Origin: Candidatus Adlerbacteria bacterium
Lineage (GTDB): Bacteria; Patescibacteriota; Minisyncoccia; Phycocordibacterales; SBAW01
Length of the DNA stretch: 64,000 nt
Assembly (NCBI GenBank): GCA_903851045.1
Contig: CAINNF010000019.1
Coordinates: 47,854 to 111,853 of the forward strand
Direction of reading: 5' to 3'
Below the pieces are notes generated by a model, which did no database searches, was not told the origin of the DNA, and saw nothing but the letters and a program-made list of their open reading frames with translations. This document shows, one piece after another, positions 18,817 to 28,454 of this stretch; position 1 is the first letter of the stretch, and the number at the start of each line of letters is the position of its first letter. Made by a program: the position numbers and the translations under genes.

Positions 18817-19113
18817 ATGCATATACAAATTCCGCATAAAACAACTCAAAAGGCAGCCGTCGACCGTGTGAAGCAGGGTCTCATACAGGCCCGACCGCAC
18901 ATGCAGGGACAGGTGAAGATCGACAAGGAGGAGTGGAACAACAGCATGCTCACCTTCGCCTTCACGACCCAGGGCAAGCAGGTCACGGGCACCATGCGGA
19001 TCACAGACGAGGAATTCATCGTCGACGCCAAACTACCGCTCCTGTGGCGTATTTTCGAAGGCAAGATAGAGAAGATGGTCGCCGAACAGGCGCAAGGCAT
19101 GCTCGGGAAGTAA
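18817..19113 (+). CDS. Small hypothetical protein (weak resemblance to PHA-system/granule-region family)
   Basis: 98 aa, K/E-rich helical C-terminus; family assignment tentative. Confidence 0.45.
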   Translation: MHIQIPHKTTQKAAVDRVKQGLIQARPHMQGQVKIDKEEWNNSMLTFAFTTQGKQVTGTMRITDEEFIVDAKLPLLWRIFEGKIEKMVAEQAQGMLGK

Positions 19114-19117
19114 GCTC

Positions 19118-19136
19118 AGCAAGGCGACGCCTTGCT
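19118..19136. repeat. REP family A palindrome AGCAAGGCGACGCCTTGCT
   Basis: Perfect 9-1-9 palindrome immediately 3' of RAYT-1; further copies at 19830-19844 (partial) and 19953-19971. Confidence 0.8.
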
Positions 19137-19142
19137 AAAAGC

Positions 19143-19823
19143 TTATCTGGGAAGATTTTGATAGTAGGCTGCAGTATCAACGAGCAAGTCGCTAATGTTT
19201 GATACCTGTGATGCGATCAGATCAAATGCTTCGGTATCTAGGATTGCTCGCTCGGGTCGTTGGTCTCCTATATAGTCAGGAAGACTGCTATATGAATATT
19301 CTCGCAACTGCTGTTCCGTTCGTGTTAAGTCCACGACTGCTCCGGATTTCCATCCTGGCTGGAATAATTCGATCGGATTTAAGTGGATGTATTGAGCGAC
19401 TTGTGTAAAGTAGAGATTTTCGGATACATGTTTCGAACGAAACGGCTTCACAAACAATCCTCCAATTCGCTCATTCTTGATATTGAAGTACATAGTGTAC
19501 GCTGTGCCGACCTTGTGCATAAATTTTGAGATACCTCCTTCTGCCTTTTCTTGCAACAGCAGATGAAAGTGGTTTGGCATACAACAATAGGCGCCAATCG
19601 CAACAAGGCTCGTGGCGCGTTTTGTCTCATACATCTCTGAGTTGGATTTTTGTTTGAAATTGTCTCGACGTACCGGTTCTAGACTATTACAAAGATAGAG
19701 AAGCTGGATAAATCGCTCGTAGTCACGAGGGGCTTCGAAAGTGATACGCTTTTCTACACCACGACTAAAGCAATGATACCACTCACCAGGTGCAAAGGGG
19801 GTACGCCTAAGTGCCATGCCCAT
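19143..19823 (-). CDS. REP-associated tyrosine transposase (RAYT / IS200-like Y1 HUH transposase), copy 1
   Basis: GEWYHCFSRG...CCMPNHFHLLL (HuH motif)...YIHLNP. The longest ORF extends over the upstream REP and translates it as RRRLAKL, so the real start is probably M14 or M16. Confidence 0.7.
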   Translation of the reverse strand: MGMALRRTPFAPGEWYHCFSRGVEKRITFEAPRDYERFIQLLYLCNSLEPVRRDNFKQKSNSEMYETKRATSLVAIGAYCCMPNHFHLLLQEKAEGGISKFMHKVGTAYTMYFNIKNERIGGLFVKPFRSKHVSENLYFTQVAQYIHLNPIELFQPGWKSGAVVDLTRTEQQLREYSYSSLPDYIGDQRPERAILDTEAFDLIASQVSNISDLLVDTAAYYQNLPR

Positions 19824-19829
19824 GAGTTT

Positions 19830-19844
19830 AGCAAGGCGACGCCT
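19830..19844. repeat. REP family A, partial copy (left arm plus centre)
   Basis: agcaaggcgacgcct matches the first 15 nt of the family-A element. Confidence 0.6.
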
Positions 19845-19952
19845 CACTCGTATACTGTACAAATATAGAAAATACTGTGGAAACGATTGTCAAAAGAGTC
19901 CCTGAGTTTATACTCCCCAGAGACTTAGAGTCCAGCGTCTTATAGACATTTT

Positions 19953-19971
19953 AGCAAGGCGACGCCTTGCT
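19953..19971. repeat. REP family A palindrome, full copy
   Basis: agcaaggcgacgccttgct, identical to 19118-19136. Confidence 0.8.
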
Positions 19972-20054
19972 TCGCCTTGTTTGAACTAATTTGACTGGAT
20001 AAATGATATGTGCTATAATTAACCTTAAGCCTTAACCTGAGGGAGCTACATACA

Positions 20055-20264
20055 ATGGCTGCTAATGTTGCCATCATCTTGCAGGGTTTCAATGTTTATG
20101 AGGCCGCGGCTCGGCTTGTACAGACGATCAACAGGCCAGAAGTTCGTTGTGCCACTAGCGAGTATCACGGCACGCTATTAGTTGCGCTTCCGGGAGATAC
20201 CGTGGACAAGATCATTGACCGATACTATGAAGATCTCACCACGCGTCAGCGTGTGCGCAAATAG
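20055..20264 (+). CDS. Small hypothetical protein (69 aa)
   Basis: GAGGGAG RBS 9 nt upstream of ATG; followed by a terminator. Confidence 0.45.
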   Translation: MAANVAIILQGFNVYEAAARLVQTINRPEVRCATSEYHGTLLVALPGDTVDKIIDRYYEDLTTRQRVRK

Positions 20265-20284
20265 CCGCACCAATAGGGAAGCCA

Positions 20285-20327
20285 GCCGCACCGGTTACCC
20301 CTCCGGTGCGGCGCTTTCTTTTTATTG
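20285..20327 (+). terminator. Rho-independent terminator
   Basis: GCCGCACCGGttacccctCCGGTGCGGC followed by gctttcttttt. Confidence 0.7.
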
Positions 20328-20395
20328 AAAACTCTGGTATTATGCGGGTACTGCTCGGGTGGCCCGCGCTTTTTTGTTTGTAACCCGAAAATACT

Positions 20396-22180
20396 ATGGA
20401 AATAAGAAATATAGCGATAATAGCTCACGTGGACCACGGCAAGACGACCTTGACCGATGCTTTGCTGCGTCAAACAGGGGTCGAGGAAGAGGGTGTTTCG
20501 ATGGACTCCAACGACCTGGAGCGCGAACGCGGTATCACCATTTACTCCAAGCCAGCGGCACTCTTCTACAAGGGGACGAAGATCAACATCGTCGACACAC
20601 CTGGCCACGCAGACTTCGGCTCTGAGGTGGAGCGCGTACTTCGTTCGATCGACTCAGTGCTCTTGATCGTCGATGCGCAGGAGGGCCCGATGCCCCAGAC
20701 GCGCTTTGTGCTCAAGAAGTCGCTCGAGTTGGGGCTCCAGCCGATTGTCGTCATCAACAAGATAGACAAGCCCGCGGCCGACCCGCACCGCTGCGAGGAG
20801 CAAGTGCTCGAACTCTTCTTGGAGCTTGGCGCGAACGACGAGCAGGCGAACTTTACGGTTGTTTATGCTATCGGTCGCCAAGGTATCGCAAAAAAACACC
20901 TCACCGACGAGTCGACCGACCTCACACCGCTCTTGGACACCATTCTCGAGCACGTCACCCCGGCCTCTTCGCCGGAGAAGATGGCGATACCACTACGACT
21001 CCAGCCGTTCAATCTTGGCTACGACAACTTCCTCGGACGTCTCGCTATCGCGCGCGTGTACGAGGGTTCGGTCAAGACCGGACAAGCCGTTTTTATAAAA
21101 AAGCCGACCGGCGAGACTCGTAGCGGCAAGGTCATCAAGATGTTCACGTTCAAAGGCTTGCAGAAGGTCGAGACCGAGGAGGTTACCGCGGGCGACATCG
21201 CGATGATCGCAGGACTGACCGACATCTTCATCGGCGAGACGGTCGCGGATAGCGCAGAGGCAGAACCTTTGCCTGCTATCGCTATCGACGAGCCGACCAT
21301 CACGCTCAACTTTTTGGTCAACAATTCGCCGTTCGCGGGACGAGAGGGGAAGTATGTCACGGGCCGCCAGATCCGCGAGCGACTCGAGCGCGAACTCGAG
21401 GTGAACGTCGGACTCAAGGTGGACTTCTCCGATGACACTGGGTACAAGGTCTCGGGCCGTGGCGAGCTCCATATCGCGATCCTGTTGGAGAACATGCGCC
21501 GCGAGGGCTACGAAATGCAGGTCTCGCAGCCGCAGGTCATCTTTCACGACGTGGACGGTAAGCGACAGGAGCCGTTCGAGGAGGTTATCGTCGACACACC
21601 GAGCGTGTTTCAAGGTCCCATCATCGAGCGCCTCGGCTTGCGAAAATTCATCATCAAGGACATGAAGATGCATGGTGACTCGGTGCGCCTCACGTTCGAA
21701 GGCCCGACGCGCGGCCTCCTGGGGTACCGCAGCCAGTTCGTGCTCGACACCAAGGGCGAAGGTATCCTTTCGTCGCGATTCCTCGAATTTCGCCCATACG
21801 CAGGAGAGATAACGAAGCGCGTGGTCGGCTCGATGATATCGATGGCGCCCGGCAAGGCACTCGGCTTTTCGCTCTACAATCTCCAGGACCGTGGCATGCT
21901 CTATATCGGCGCAGGTACCGAGGTCTACGAAGGCATGGTGATCGGCAACACCTCCAAGGGCGAAGAGATGACCGTCAACCCGACCAAGGGCAAACAGCTC
22001 ACCAACATGCGCGCATCCGGCTCTGACGAAGCTATCTCGCTGGTGCCACCATACGAGATCACCATCGAACGCGGCCTCGAGGTCATGACCGACGACGAAT
22101 ACCTCGAGATCACCCCACACTCCGTGCGTCTACGAAAGCAATATTTGACCGAGCAGGCTCGCACGAAGGCGAAGCGCTAG
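20396..22180 (+). CDS. typA: Translational GTPase BipA/TypA
   Basis: IAIIAHVDHGKTTL, DTPGHADF, NKID; EF-G-like domains without domain IV, BipA-specific C-terminal domain; 594 aa. Confidence 0.95.
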   Translation: MEIRNIAIIAHVDHGKTTLTDALLRQTGVEEEGVSMDSNDLERERGITIYSKPAALFYKGTKINIVDTPGHADFGSEVERVLRSIDSVLLIVDAQEGPMPQTRFVLKKSLELGLQPIVVINKIDKPAADPHRCEEQVLELFLELGANDEQANFTVVYAIGRQGIAKKHLTDESTDLTPLLDTILEHVTPASSPEKMAIPLRLQPFNLGYDNFLGRLAIARVYEGSVKTGQAVFIKKPTGETRSGKVIKMFTFKGLQKVETEEVTAGDIAMIAGLTDIFIGETVADSAEAEPLPAIAIDEPTITLNFLVNNSPFAGREGKYVTGRQIRERLERELEVNVGLKVDFSDDTGYKVSGRGELHIAILLENMRREGYEMQVSQPQVIFHDVDGKRQEPFEEVIVDTPSVFQGPIIERLGLRKFIIKDMKMHGDSVRLTFEGPTRGLLGYRSQFVLDTKGEGILSSRFLEFRPYAGEITKRVVGSMISMAPGKALGFSLYNLQDRGMLYIGAGTEVYEGMVIGNTSKGEEMTVNPTKGKQLTNMRASGSDEAISLVPPYEITIERGLEVMTDDEYLEITPHSVRLRKQYLTEQARTKAKR

Positions 22181-22914
22181 ATCACCTCATTACTTGTGAT
22201 GGTTGCGACGAGTGCGCAGTGGTCGCTGATGCCGGTGTGCATGGACACATCGGTTACCTCGTACGCGGGAGATGAGAAGATGCCGTCGACCATGTAGGGG
22301 AGCGGGCCTGCTTTGTGTAGGGTGCCGTCGATGCTGCTCGTGTACTTCGACGGGACGTTGTCACGATACCGGAGCGCGAGCATCGAGAATATCTCGTCGC
22401 CGCGGGGCGCGTTGAAGTCACCCGTGAACACGCACTCGCCCGTTTCGGCAAGGACCGAAAGGAGTTTTCGCATGTCTACGCGCTGAAAGTCGGTCGGTAA
22501 CCCGTCTTTGGTCCAGGGAAAGTGCGTGGTCCCGACACGAAACAGCGTATCCTCTTTTACCACCTCACCGAACGCAATCGAAAATCGTTGGGACCCATGC
22601 TTCGCCACGGGATCAGCACCCCCATAGTGGGGGAGCTCGCCTTTGGGTCCACCATACTGCAACGCCCATGTCTTTTGAAACGGCATCATTGAAAAAAGTG
22701 CGACGCCTTGCACGAACGAGTGTCCCTGTTCCTCGCGGTTGTTCATCGGAACGAAATACGAATGAAACCCGAGCGCTTCGAACTTTGAGATGTCGTGCTC
22801 GCGTATCTCCTGCATACATACCACGTCCGGTCGTTGCTCGGTGAGGAACGGTAGTACGCGCTCAAGATGCTTATCGCGTTCGATATTAAGCTGTATGAGT
22901 GTACATGAAGTCAT
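22177..22914 (-). CDS. Endonuclease/exonuclease/phosphatase (EEP) family protein
   Basis: VVCMQE...GDFNA...SDH motifs. Start placed at MTSCTLIQLN; the ORF extends to 23175. Convergent 4-bp overlap with typA. Confidence 0.65.
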   Translation of the reverse strand: MTSCTLIQLNIERDKHLERVLPFLTEQRPDVVCMQEIREHDISKFEALGFHSYFVPMNNREEQGHSFVQGVALFSMMPFQKTWALQYGGPKGELPHYGGADPVAKHGSQRFSIAFGEVVKEDTLFRVGTTHFPWTKDGLPTDFQRVDMRKLLSVLAETGECVFTGDFNAPRGDEIFSMLALRYRDNVPSKYTSSIDGTLHKAGPLPYMVDGIFSSPAYEVTDVSMHTGISDHCALVATITSNEVI

Positions 22915-23013
22915 AGACAGACTATACGGTGGGATGCTACCTGCCGCAACTAAGGCGTGTGTTAAAACGTATACGGTGAGTATGGTGCATACTGTCCCGC
23001 ATCGGTGTAGAAT

Positions 23014-24240
23014 ATGACCATGCAACTCTCCCGCTACCGCGCAGCGTTCTTTTTGGTAGTGCTTTTTGCCGTGCCGTTGGCACCCGTCCATGCCGCAACA
23101 AAGACGAGCTTCGAGGTCGGCGGGTGGATACCGTACTGGCGCACCGCCACCGGTACCGCCGACGTACTGCCACATTTGAAGAATATGACCGAGGTGAGTC
23201 CGTTCGTGTACACGCTCAAGTCTGACGGATCTTTATATGATGCGGGCAAGCTCGACAGCGAGCCGTGGGTCAGTTTTATAGCCGCCGCGAAAAAGAACAA
23301 GGTTCGCGTTATCCCAACGGTCATGTCTGGTAGTGGTAGCACCATTCACGCCATGCTCAGTAAGACGAAGACGCGCATCGCCCTTGAGGATGCGATCGCC
23401 ACGATGGTGAAGTCGAACAAGTTCGACGGTGTCGACATCGACTTCGAAGCAAAGCTCGCCGAGACGAAGCCTTACTTCTCGCTCTTTCTTAAGGGGCTGT
23501 ATCAGCGACTTGGGACCAAGTGGCTGTACTGCTCTATCGAGTCGCGCACGCCGCTGGATAGCCGTTACGAATCGACACCACCTGCGGACGCGACCCAGTA
23601 TGCCAACGATTATGCGTCGATAGGGAAGTACTGCGACCGTGTCGAGATCATGGCCTATGACCAAGGAGCGATCGACCTGAAACTTAACAAGGCTCGTGCG
23701 GCACCGTACGTGCCCGTCTCAGATCCCGCATGGGTAGAAAAGGTGATGGACGTTGCGGCGGCGCAGATCCCGAAGAAAAAGCTCCTGTTGGGTATCGCCA
23801 CCTACGGGTACGAGTATTCCGTGAAGCCGTTGTCGGTCTCGGGGTATCGCTACGACCTGCAGTGGGCCTTTAACCCACGCTACGCGACCGAGCTCGCGGC
23901 ACAGCTCGGTATCACCCCAGTGCGCAACAGTGCCGACGAGCTGTCCTTTATCTACAAGCCAGCCACTACGTCGGCGACCATCTCGGGCGACACGACCGCA
24001 GCGACAACCGCCCCGGCGGACTCCAACAACGTTACCGTCGCATCGACCGTGTACTCTCAAGCGACGATAGCGGCACAGTATACACCACCGTTCAATATCG
24101 TCTGGTGGAGCGACTCGAAGGCGATCAGCGACAAGGTCGCGCTCGCGAAGAAGCTCGGTATCAAGGGTGTCGCCATCTTCAAGCTCGACGGCGGCGAAGA
24201 CCCGAACATGTGGAGCGTCCTCCCAAAGGTCACACACTAA
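23014..24240 (+). CDS. Secreted glycoside hydrolase family 18-like protein
   Basis: Signal peptide, catalytic DGVDIDFE (DxxDxDxE) motif, TIM-barrel spacing. Confidence 0.7.
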   Translation: MTMQLSRYRAAFFLVVLFAVPLAPVHAATKTSFEVGGWIPYWRTATGTADVLPHLKNMTEVSPFVYTLKSDGSLYDAGKLDSEPWVSFIAAAKKNKVRVIPTVMSGSGSTIHAMLSKTKTRIALEDAIATMVKSNKFDGVDIDFEAKLAETKPYFSLFLKGLYQRLGTKWLYCSIESRTPLDSRYESTPPADATQYANDYASIGKYCDRVEIMAYDQGAIDLKLNKARAAPYVPVSDPAWVEKVMDVAAAQIPKKKLLLGIATYGYEYSVKPLSVSGYRYDLQWAFNPRYATELAAQLGITPVRNSADELSFIYKPATTSATISGDTTAATTAPADSNNVTVASTVYSQATIAAQYTPPFNIVWWSDSKAISDKVALAKKLGIKGVAIFKLDGGEDPNMWSVLPKVTH

Positions 24241-24298
24241 CCAATCAAAAGGTTTTGCCTCGTGCTACAATACCAACATACCAGTAACCTATGTCGTT

Positions 24299-25432
24299 AT
24301 GCCAGTGATGGACATACAACAGCAGTATCCACTTAGTCCGAAAAAATTTTGGAAAAAGCTCCTTCCAGATTTTTTTGGTTCGTTGTTCGTCGCGATCATA
24401 CCGACTATTCCCTACACGGTCGCGGTGTTCTTGTATCAAGCATACCGTATCGCCGTCACGTCCGGAGGGACCTTCGCCGATCTTTCACCTGAAGAGGTGA
24501 TCGTCCGATTTGTAGTCCCGATATTGATCGGCTATCTCTTTTTGTATATCGTGAGCATCCTGCTACATGCGTGGTATATACGAGCATACATACGAAACTA
24601 TCATTACGCGGCGACCGATGACTTTATCACGATCAAGAAGGGTGTATTCGCACCAGCTGAGATCCACGTGCAGTACTCTAAGATACAGGATGTGTACGTC
24701 GATCAGGACCCGTTCGACCGGATCATGGGTCTGTACGATGTGCATCTCGCGACCGCGACCGCGGCGTCCGCCACAGAGGCACATATCGACGGGGTCGACG
24801 GTGCCGCTGCTGAAGGACTGAAGACCGTATTCCTCGAGCGAGTGCGGAGTAGGAACTCAAACGCACCATCATCGCCAGTCGTACCGACGACATCCGAAAC
24901 CCCTACCCTTAACGGATCACAAACCATTTCGAGCAAGGAGTATCCCATACGGCCGCAGTGGATATACGTTCAAATGGGTTATGCGGTAGGGATGTCCGCG
25001 ATCGGAGTCCTGTTCGCCGCATATCTTACCCTAAACGCAATGGGTACGCGTCTCGTGCCGGTGATATCCGTAGCGACGTTCGTGGTCATCTTTATGTGGA
25101 AGGTGACGTATGCCAGTATATGGAAAAAACATTTTCAATTCGCGTTTCTACCCGATTCGATACAGTATTCGACTAAGGTCGTCAGTAAGTCAGAGCAGCA
25201 CATGCTCTATACGACCATCCAAGATGTTATCGTACAGCAAGGGTTCTTGGAACAACTGTTACACCTGTCGACCGTGCGTATCCAAAATGCGGCAGGCTTG
25301 TCGAACCAGGGAAGGGACGGCCAAACATCGGGCATATCCATCCCCGGTCAGACACCGGAGGATGCGAACAAACTTGCCGAGATTATCCGCTCCATAGCTT
25401 TACAAAAAAACACTAATACGACTGGGTTATAA
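24299..25432 (+). CDS. Membrane protein with bacterial PH (bPH_2/YdbT-like) domains
   Basis: TM hairpins followed by ITIKKGVFAPAEIHVQYSKIQDVYVDQDPFDRIMGLYDV-type bPH_2 segments, twice. The longer ORF from 24167 would overlap the GH18 gene. Confidence 0.65.
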   Translation: MPVMDIQQQYPLSPKKFWKKLLPDFFGSLFVAIIPTIPYTVAVFLYQAYRIAVTSGGTFADLSPEEVIVRFVVPILIGYLFLYIVSILLHAWYIRAYIRNYHYAATDDFITIKKGVFAPAEIHVQYSKIQDVYVDQDPFDRIMGLYDVHLATATAASATEAHIDGVDGAAAEGLKTVFLERVRSRNSNAPSSPVVPTTSETPTLNGSQTISSKEYPIRPQWIYVQMGYAVGMSAIGVLFAAYLTLNAMGTRLVPVISVATFVVIFMWKVTYASIWKKHFQFAFLPDSIQYSTKVVSKSEQHMLYTTIQDVIVQQGFLEQLLHLSTVRIQNAAGLSNQGRDGQTSGISIPGQTPEDANKLAEIIRSIALQKNTNTTGL

Positions 25433-25435
25433 CAT

Positions 25436-27124
25436 ATGTCGCTTGGAGAAGAATTAAAGAGAGTCGTTAAGGGAGAAGTTGATACGGGGGCGGAGACGTT
25501 GCAAAAATTCTCTCGCGACGCGAGCTTGTTCATGATCAAGCCAGAGGTGGTCGTGTCGCCTATGGACGCAGAGGATGTCGCGGCGATCGTACAGTTCGTG
25601 AACGTGAGGAAAGAAAAACCCGGGACCCATATCTCTATCACGGCACGCTCCGCAGGGACCGACATGTCGGGCGGCCCGCTCAACGACTCGATCATTTTGG
25701 ATATGACCAAACACTTCTCCAAACTCCTCGAGCTAAGCGAGACGACCGCGCTCGTCGAGCCGGGTATGTATTTTAGAGATTTCGACAAGGAAACGAAGAA
25801 GAAGGACCTGGAGCTGCCAAGCTATACCGCCTCGCGCGAACTAAACACGGTCGGCGGCATGGTCGCGAACAACTCGGGCGGCGAAAAGAACCTGAAATAC
25901 GGCAAGACCGCGCGCTATGTCGAGGAGCTCGGCATGGTGCTTGCCGACGGCCAACAACACCTCCTAAAGAACATGAAAGGGCACGAGCTCGAAGAGAAGC
26001 TCGCAGAACCCGGGTTCGAGGGTGATGTGTATCGCAAGATGTCGGCGCTTGTGCGAAGACACAAGAATATCATCGAAAAGGCCCGCCCACACGTCGAGAA
26101 GAACTCGTCCGGCTATGCGTTGTGGGATATCGGCGACGGAGAAAAGTCGCTCAATCTCGCGCGTTTGATGGTGGGGGCACAGGGGACGCTCGGCATCATC
26201 ACCGAGGTCAAGCTCTCTCTGGTACACCCCAAACCCTTTGCAGCGATGACGGTCATGTTCCTCAACGATCTCGCCGAACTCGGGTCCGTGGTGCCCCAGG
26301 TGCTCCTAAGCAAACCAGACAGCTTCGAGTCGTACGACGACAACACCTTCAAACTTGGCACGAAGTACTTCCTCGAGTTCGCGAGCCAGATGAAGGCCGG
26401 ACTCTTTTCGCTCGGCATCTCGTTCTTGCCGGAGCTGTGGATGCTCATGACCGGCGGCGTACCGAAGCTTATACTCTTGGCGGAGTTTCGTGCGGGTACA
26501 CAGGCCGAGGCGCTCCAAAAGGCGGAGGATCTCGCCGAGGAGATCCGCCAGACACAGCCACACGTTGGCGTTCGTGTAGCCAAAAACGAGGCTGCGGCCC
26601 GAAAGTATTGGGTTATCCGTCGGGAGAGCTTTAACCTCCTGCGCAAGAAGGTCCACAACCGACGCACCGCGCCGTTCATCGACGACTTCGTCGTGCCACC
26701 CAACACGATGCCCGAGTTCCTACCGAAACTTCAGGAGATATTGTCGCACTACGACCTGCAGTATACGGTCGCGGGACACGTCGGCGACGGCAACTTTCAC
26801 ATCATTCCGCTCGTAGACCCGACCGACCCCAAGATGGGGAAGGTGATAGACGAGCTGTCACACAAGGTGTACGACCTCGTGCTGTCCTACCAGGGCTCGA
26901 TCACGGGCGAACACAACGACGGCCTCGTGCGTACGCCGTACGTCGAAAAGATGTTCGGCCGCGACATGTACGGTCTGTTCATGGAGGTGAAGAAGATATT
27001 CGACCCACACAACATCTTCAACCCCGGCAAAAAGGTCGGACTCACCTACAGCGACGCCCTTGCCCACCTCGACCTACCGACCGTTCAATCGACGCCTGAA
27101 ACTAAAATAGAAAAAAAGCAGTGA
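25436..27124 (+). CDS. FAD-binding oxidoreductase (FAD_binding_4; GlcD/D-lactate dehydrogenase-like)
   Basis: SAGTDMSGGP FAD-binding segment and C-terminal GxHxxGDGN...H catalytic region. Confidence 0.8.
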   Translation: MSLGEELKRVVKGEVDTGAETLQKFSRDASLFMIKPEVVVSPMDAEDVAAIVQFVNVRKEKPGTHISITARSAGTDMSGGPLNDSIILDMTKHFSKLLELSETTALVEPGMYFRDFDKETKKKDLELPSYTASRELNTVGGMVANNSGGEKNLKYGKTARYVEELGMVLADGQQHLLKNMKGHELEEKLAEPGFEGDVYRKMSALVRRHKNIIEKARPHVEKNSSGYALWDIGDGEKSLNLARLMVGAQGTLGIITEVKLSLVHPKPFAAMTVMFLNDLAELGSVVPQVLLSKPDSFESYDDNTFKLGTKYFLEFASQMKAGLFSLGISFLPELWMLMTGGVPKLILLAEFRAGTQAEALQKAEDLAEEIRQTQPHVGVRVAKNEAAARKYWVIRRESFNLLRKKVHNRRTAPFIDDFVVPPNTMPEFLPKLQEILSHYDLQYTVAGHVGDGNFHIIPLVDPTDPKMGKVIDELSHKVYDLVLSYQGSITGEHNDGLVRTPYVEKMFGRDMYGLFMEVKKIFDPHNIFNPGKKVGLTYSDALAHLDLPTVQSTPETKIEKKQ

Positions 27125-27530
27125 CAGCGGCGCCGATCCAGGAGACTGCGGAGACTGTCCCGCTCAGCAAAAGCTTCTTTTTGGTCGCATCGTGCAGCTG
27201 CTTGAACGGACTCGTCGTTGCGACATGCATCAGTCGCTCGATGACGAGCGAGTTGATGACCAGCGCGAGCACGAACGCCATTTTTACATAGAACGCAGGA
27301 CTGGCGAGCAGATACTCGCGCATCGGCCAGAACAGTGCGAAGCCGCTCCCGATCATGAGACCAAGGCCTATACCCACCGCCCAATGGAGCTGTGTCAGCT
27401 TGTGGGCCTGCACGGTGGCACGTTTACCGCGCACCCAGTCAAGACCGGTATGGTCTGCGACCGCGATAGCGCATATGGTCAGACCAAGCGATATGATGTG
27501 GACCGCGAATGCAAGTGCTTGAGAAGACAT
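27102..27530 (-). CDS. Integral membrane protein, hypothetical
   Basis: 4 hydrophobic helices. Confidence 0.45.
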   Translation of the reverse strand: MSSQALAFAVHIISLGLTICAIAVADHTGLDWVRGKRATVQAHKLTQLHWAVGIGLGLMIGSGFALFWPMREYLLASPAFYVKMAFVLALVINSLVIERLMHVATTSPFKQLHDATKKKLLLSGTVSAVSWIGAAVTAFFLF

Positions 27531-27531
27531 G

Positions 27532-27918
27532 TTAGTTACTCAGTGTTCCGATAAGGAGGGAGGCGAGTTCTGTCGCCGGACGAGGCTGGCCACCGTGTTT
27601 ACCATTAAACGCGTCCGAACCATCCTTGCCACACAGGCGCAGTATCGCTTGCGGGCCACCGGGGTGCTGGCCGATCCACTTCGTCACGTCATACACGTTG
27701 CCATTGATGGCGGTCCAACAGCTCGCTTGGCTCGAATGCGTCGCGACGTCCGCAAGCGTGTACGTCTTTGCGGTTGTGGTCGCCGCACTGTTGGTCACCT
27801 GTATGTCGTTCGTCGGTTCGGCAGTCGTCGCTGGCGTGGTATTTCCTTGGTTAATGATATAGGTACCGGCTGCGATGATGACGAGCGCTGTGGCGATACC
27901 GATGAGGATCTTTTGCAT
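27532..27918 (-). CDS. Membrane-anchored cytochrome b5-like heme-binding domain protein
   Basis: N-terminal TM; YDVTKWIGQHPGGPQAILRLCGKDGSDAF contains the HPGG heme-ligand motif. Confidence 0.6.
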   Translation of the reverse strand: MQKILIGIATALVIIAAGTYIINQGNTTPATTAEPTNDIQVTNSAATTTAKTYTLADVATHSSQASCWTAINGNVYDVTKWIGQHPGGPQAILRLCGKDGSDAFNGKHGGQPRPATELASLLIGTLSN

Positions 27919-27937
27919 AGGGCGTATAGGTTATATG

Positions 27938-28396
27938 TTAGTTCGTTGGCGCTGCTTCTTGCGGCGGCTTCTGACCGTTCACCGTACCAGGCGCTCCTGC
28001 GGGTCGGACCTGCACCGACTGTGCAGTAACAGAGCCATCGGCGTTACTGGCACCAGTGATAACCACGTTCGTTCCGACCGAAAGATTGCTAATCGAACTG
28101 ACTGCCATCTTCATAACCTGAGTCGCGGTGCTAAACAATACGATCTTAGAACTCCCGTCCGGTGTTTGCACCGTCAACTCGTTCGTCCCCACCGCGATGA
28201 TTTGACCGGTCGTGAATCCGCCACCCATCCCTCGAGTTCCCATATGCGTAGCGCCAAATTGCCCGTTCGCGAATTGTCCTCTTGAGCCAACCGCTGCCGT
28301 CTGCTGACTCCCTTGACCATATACCATACCTGCATAGAACGAAACTCCTCCCACCACCACAACCGCTACTACCGCACCGATAAGTGTCTTATTCAT
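27938..28396 (-). CDS. Secreted/anchored hypothetical protein (DUF5666-like beta domain); paralog of 32180-32632
   Basis: N-terminal TM, G/Q-rich linker, C-terminal beta-rich segment similar to the 32180 gene product. Confidence 0.45.
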   Translation of the reverse strand: MNKTLIGAVVAVVVVGGVSFYAGMVYGQGSQQTAAVGSRGQFANGQFGATHMGTRGMGGGFTTGQIIAVGTNELTVQTPDGSSKIVLFSTATQVMKMAVSSISNLSVGTNVVITGASNADGSVTAQSVQVRPAGAPGTVNGQKPPQEAAPTN

Positions 28397-28454
28397 AGAA
28401 TATGTTCATTGTAATATACCTACTAATACGTTCAAACACAAAGCCCTGGTGCCG

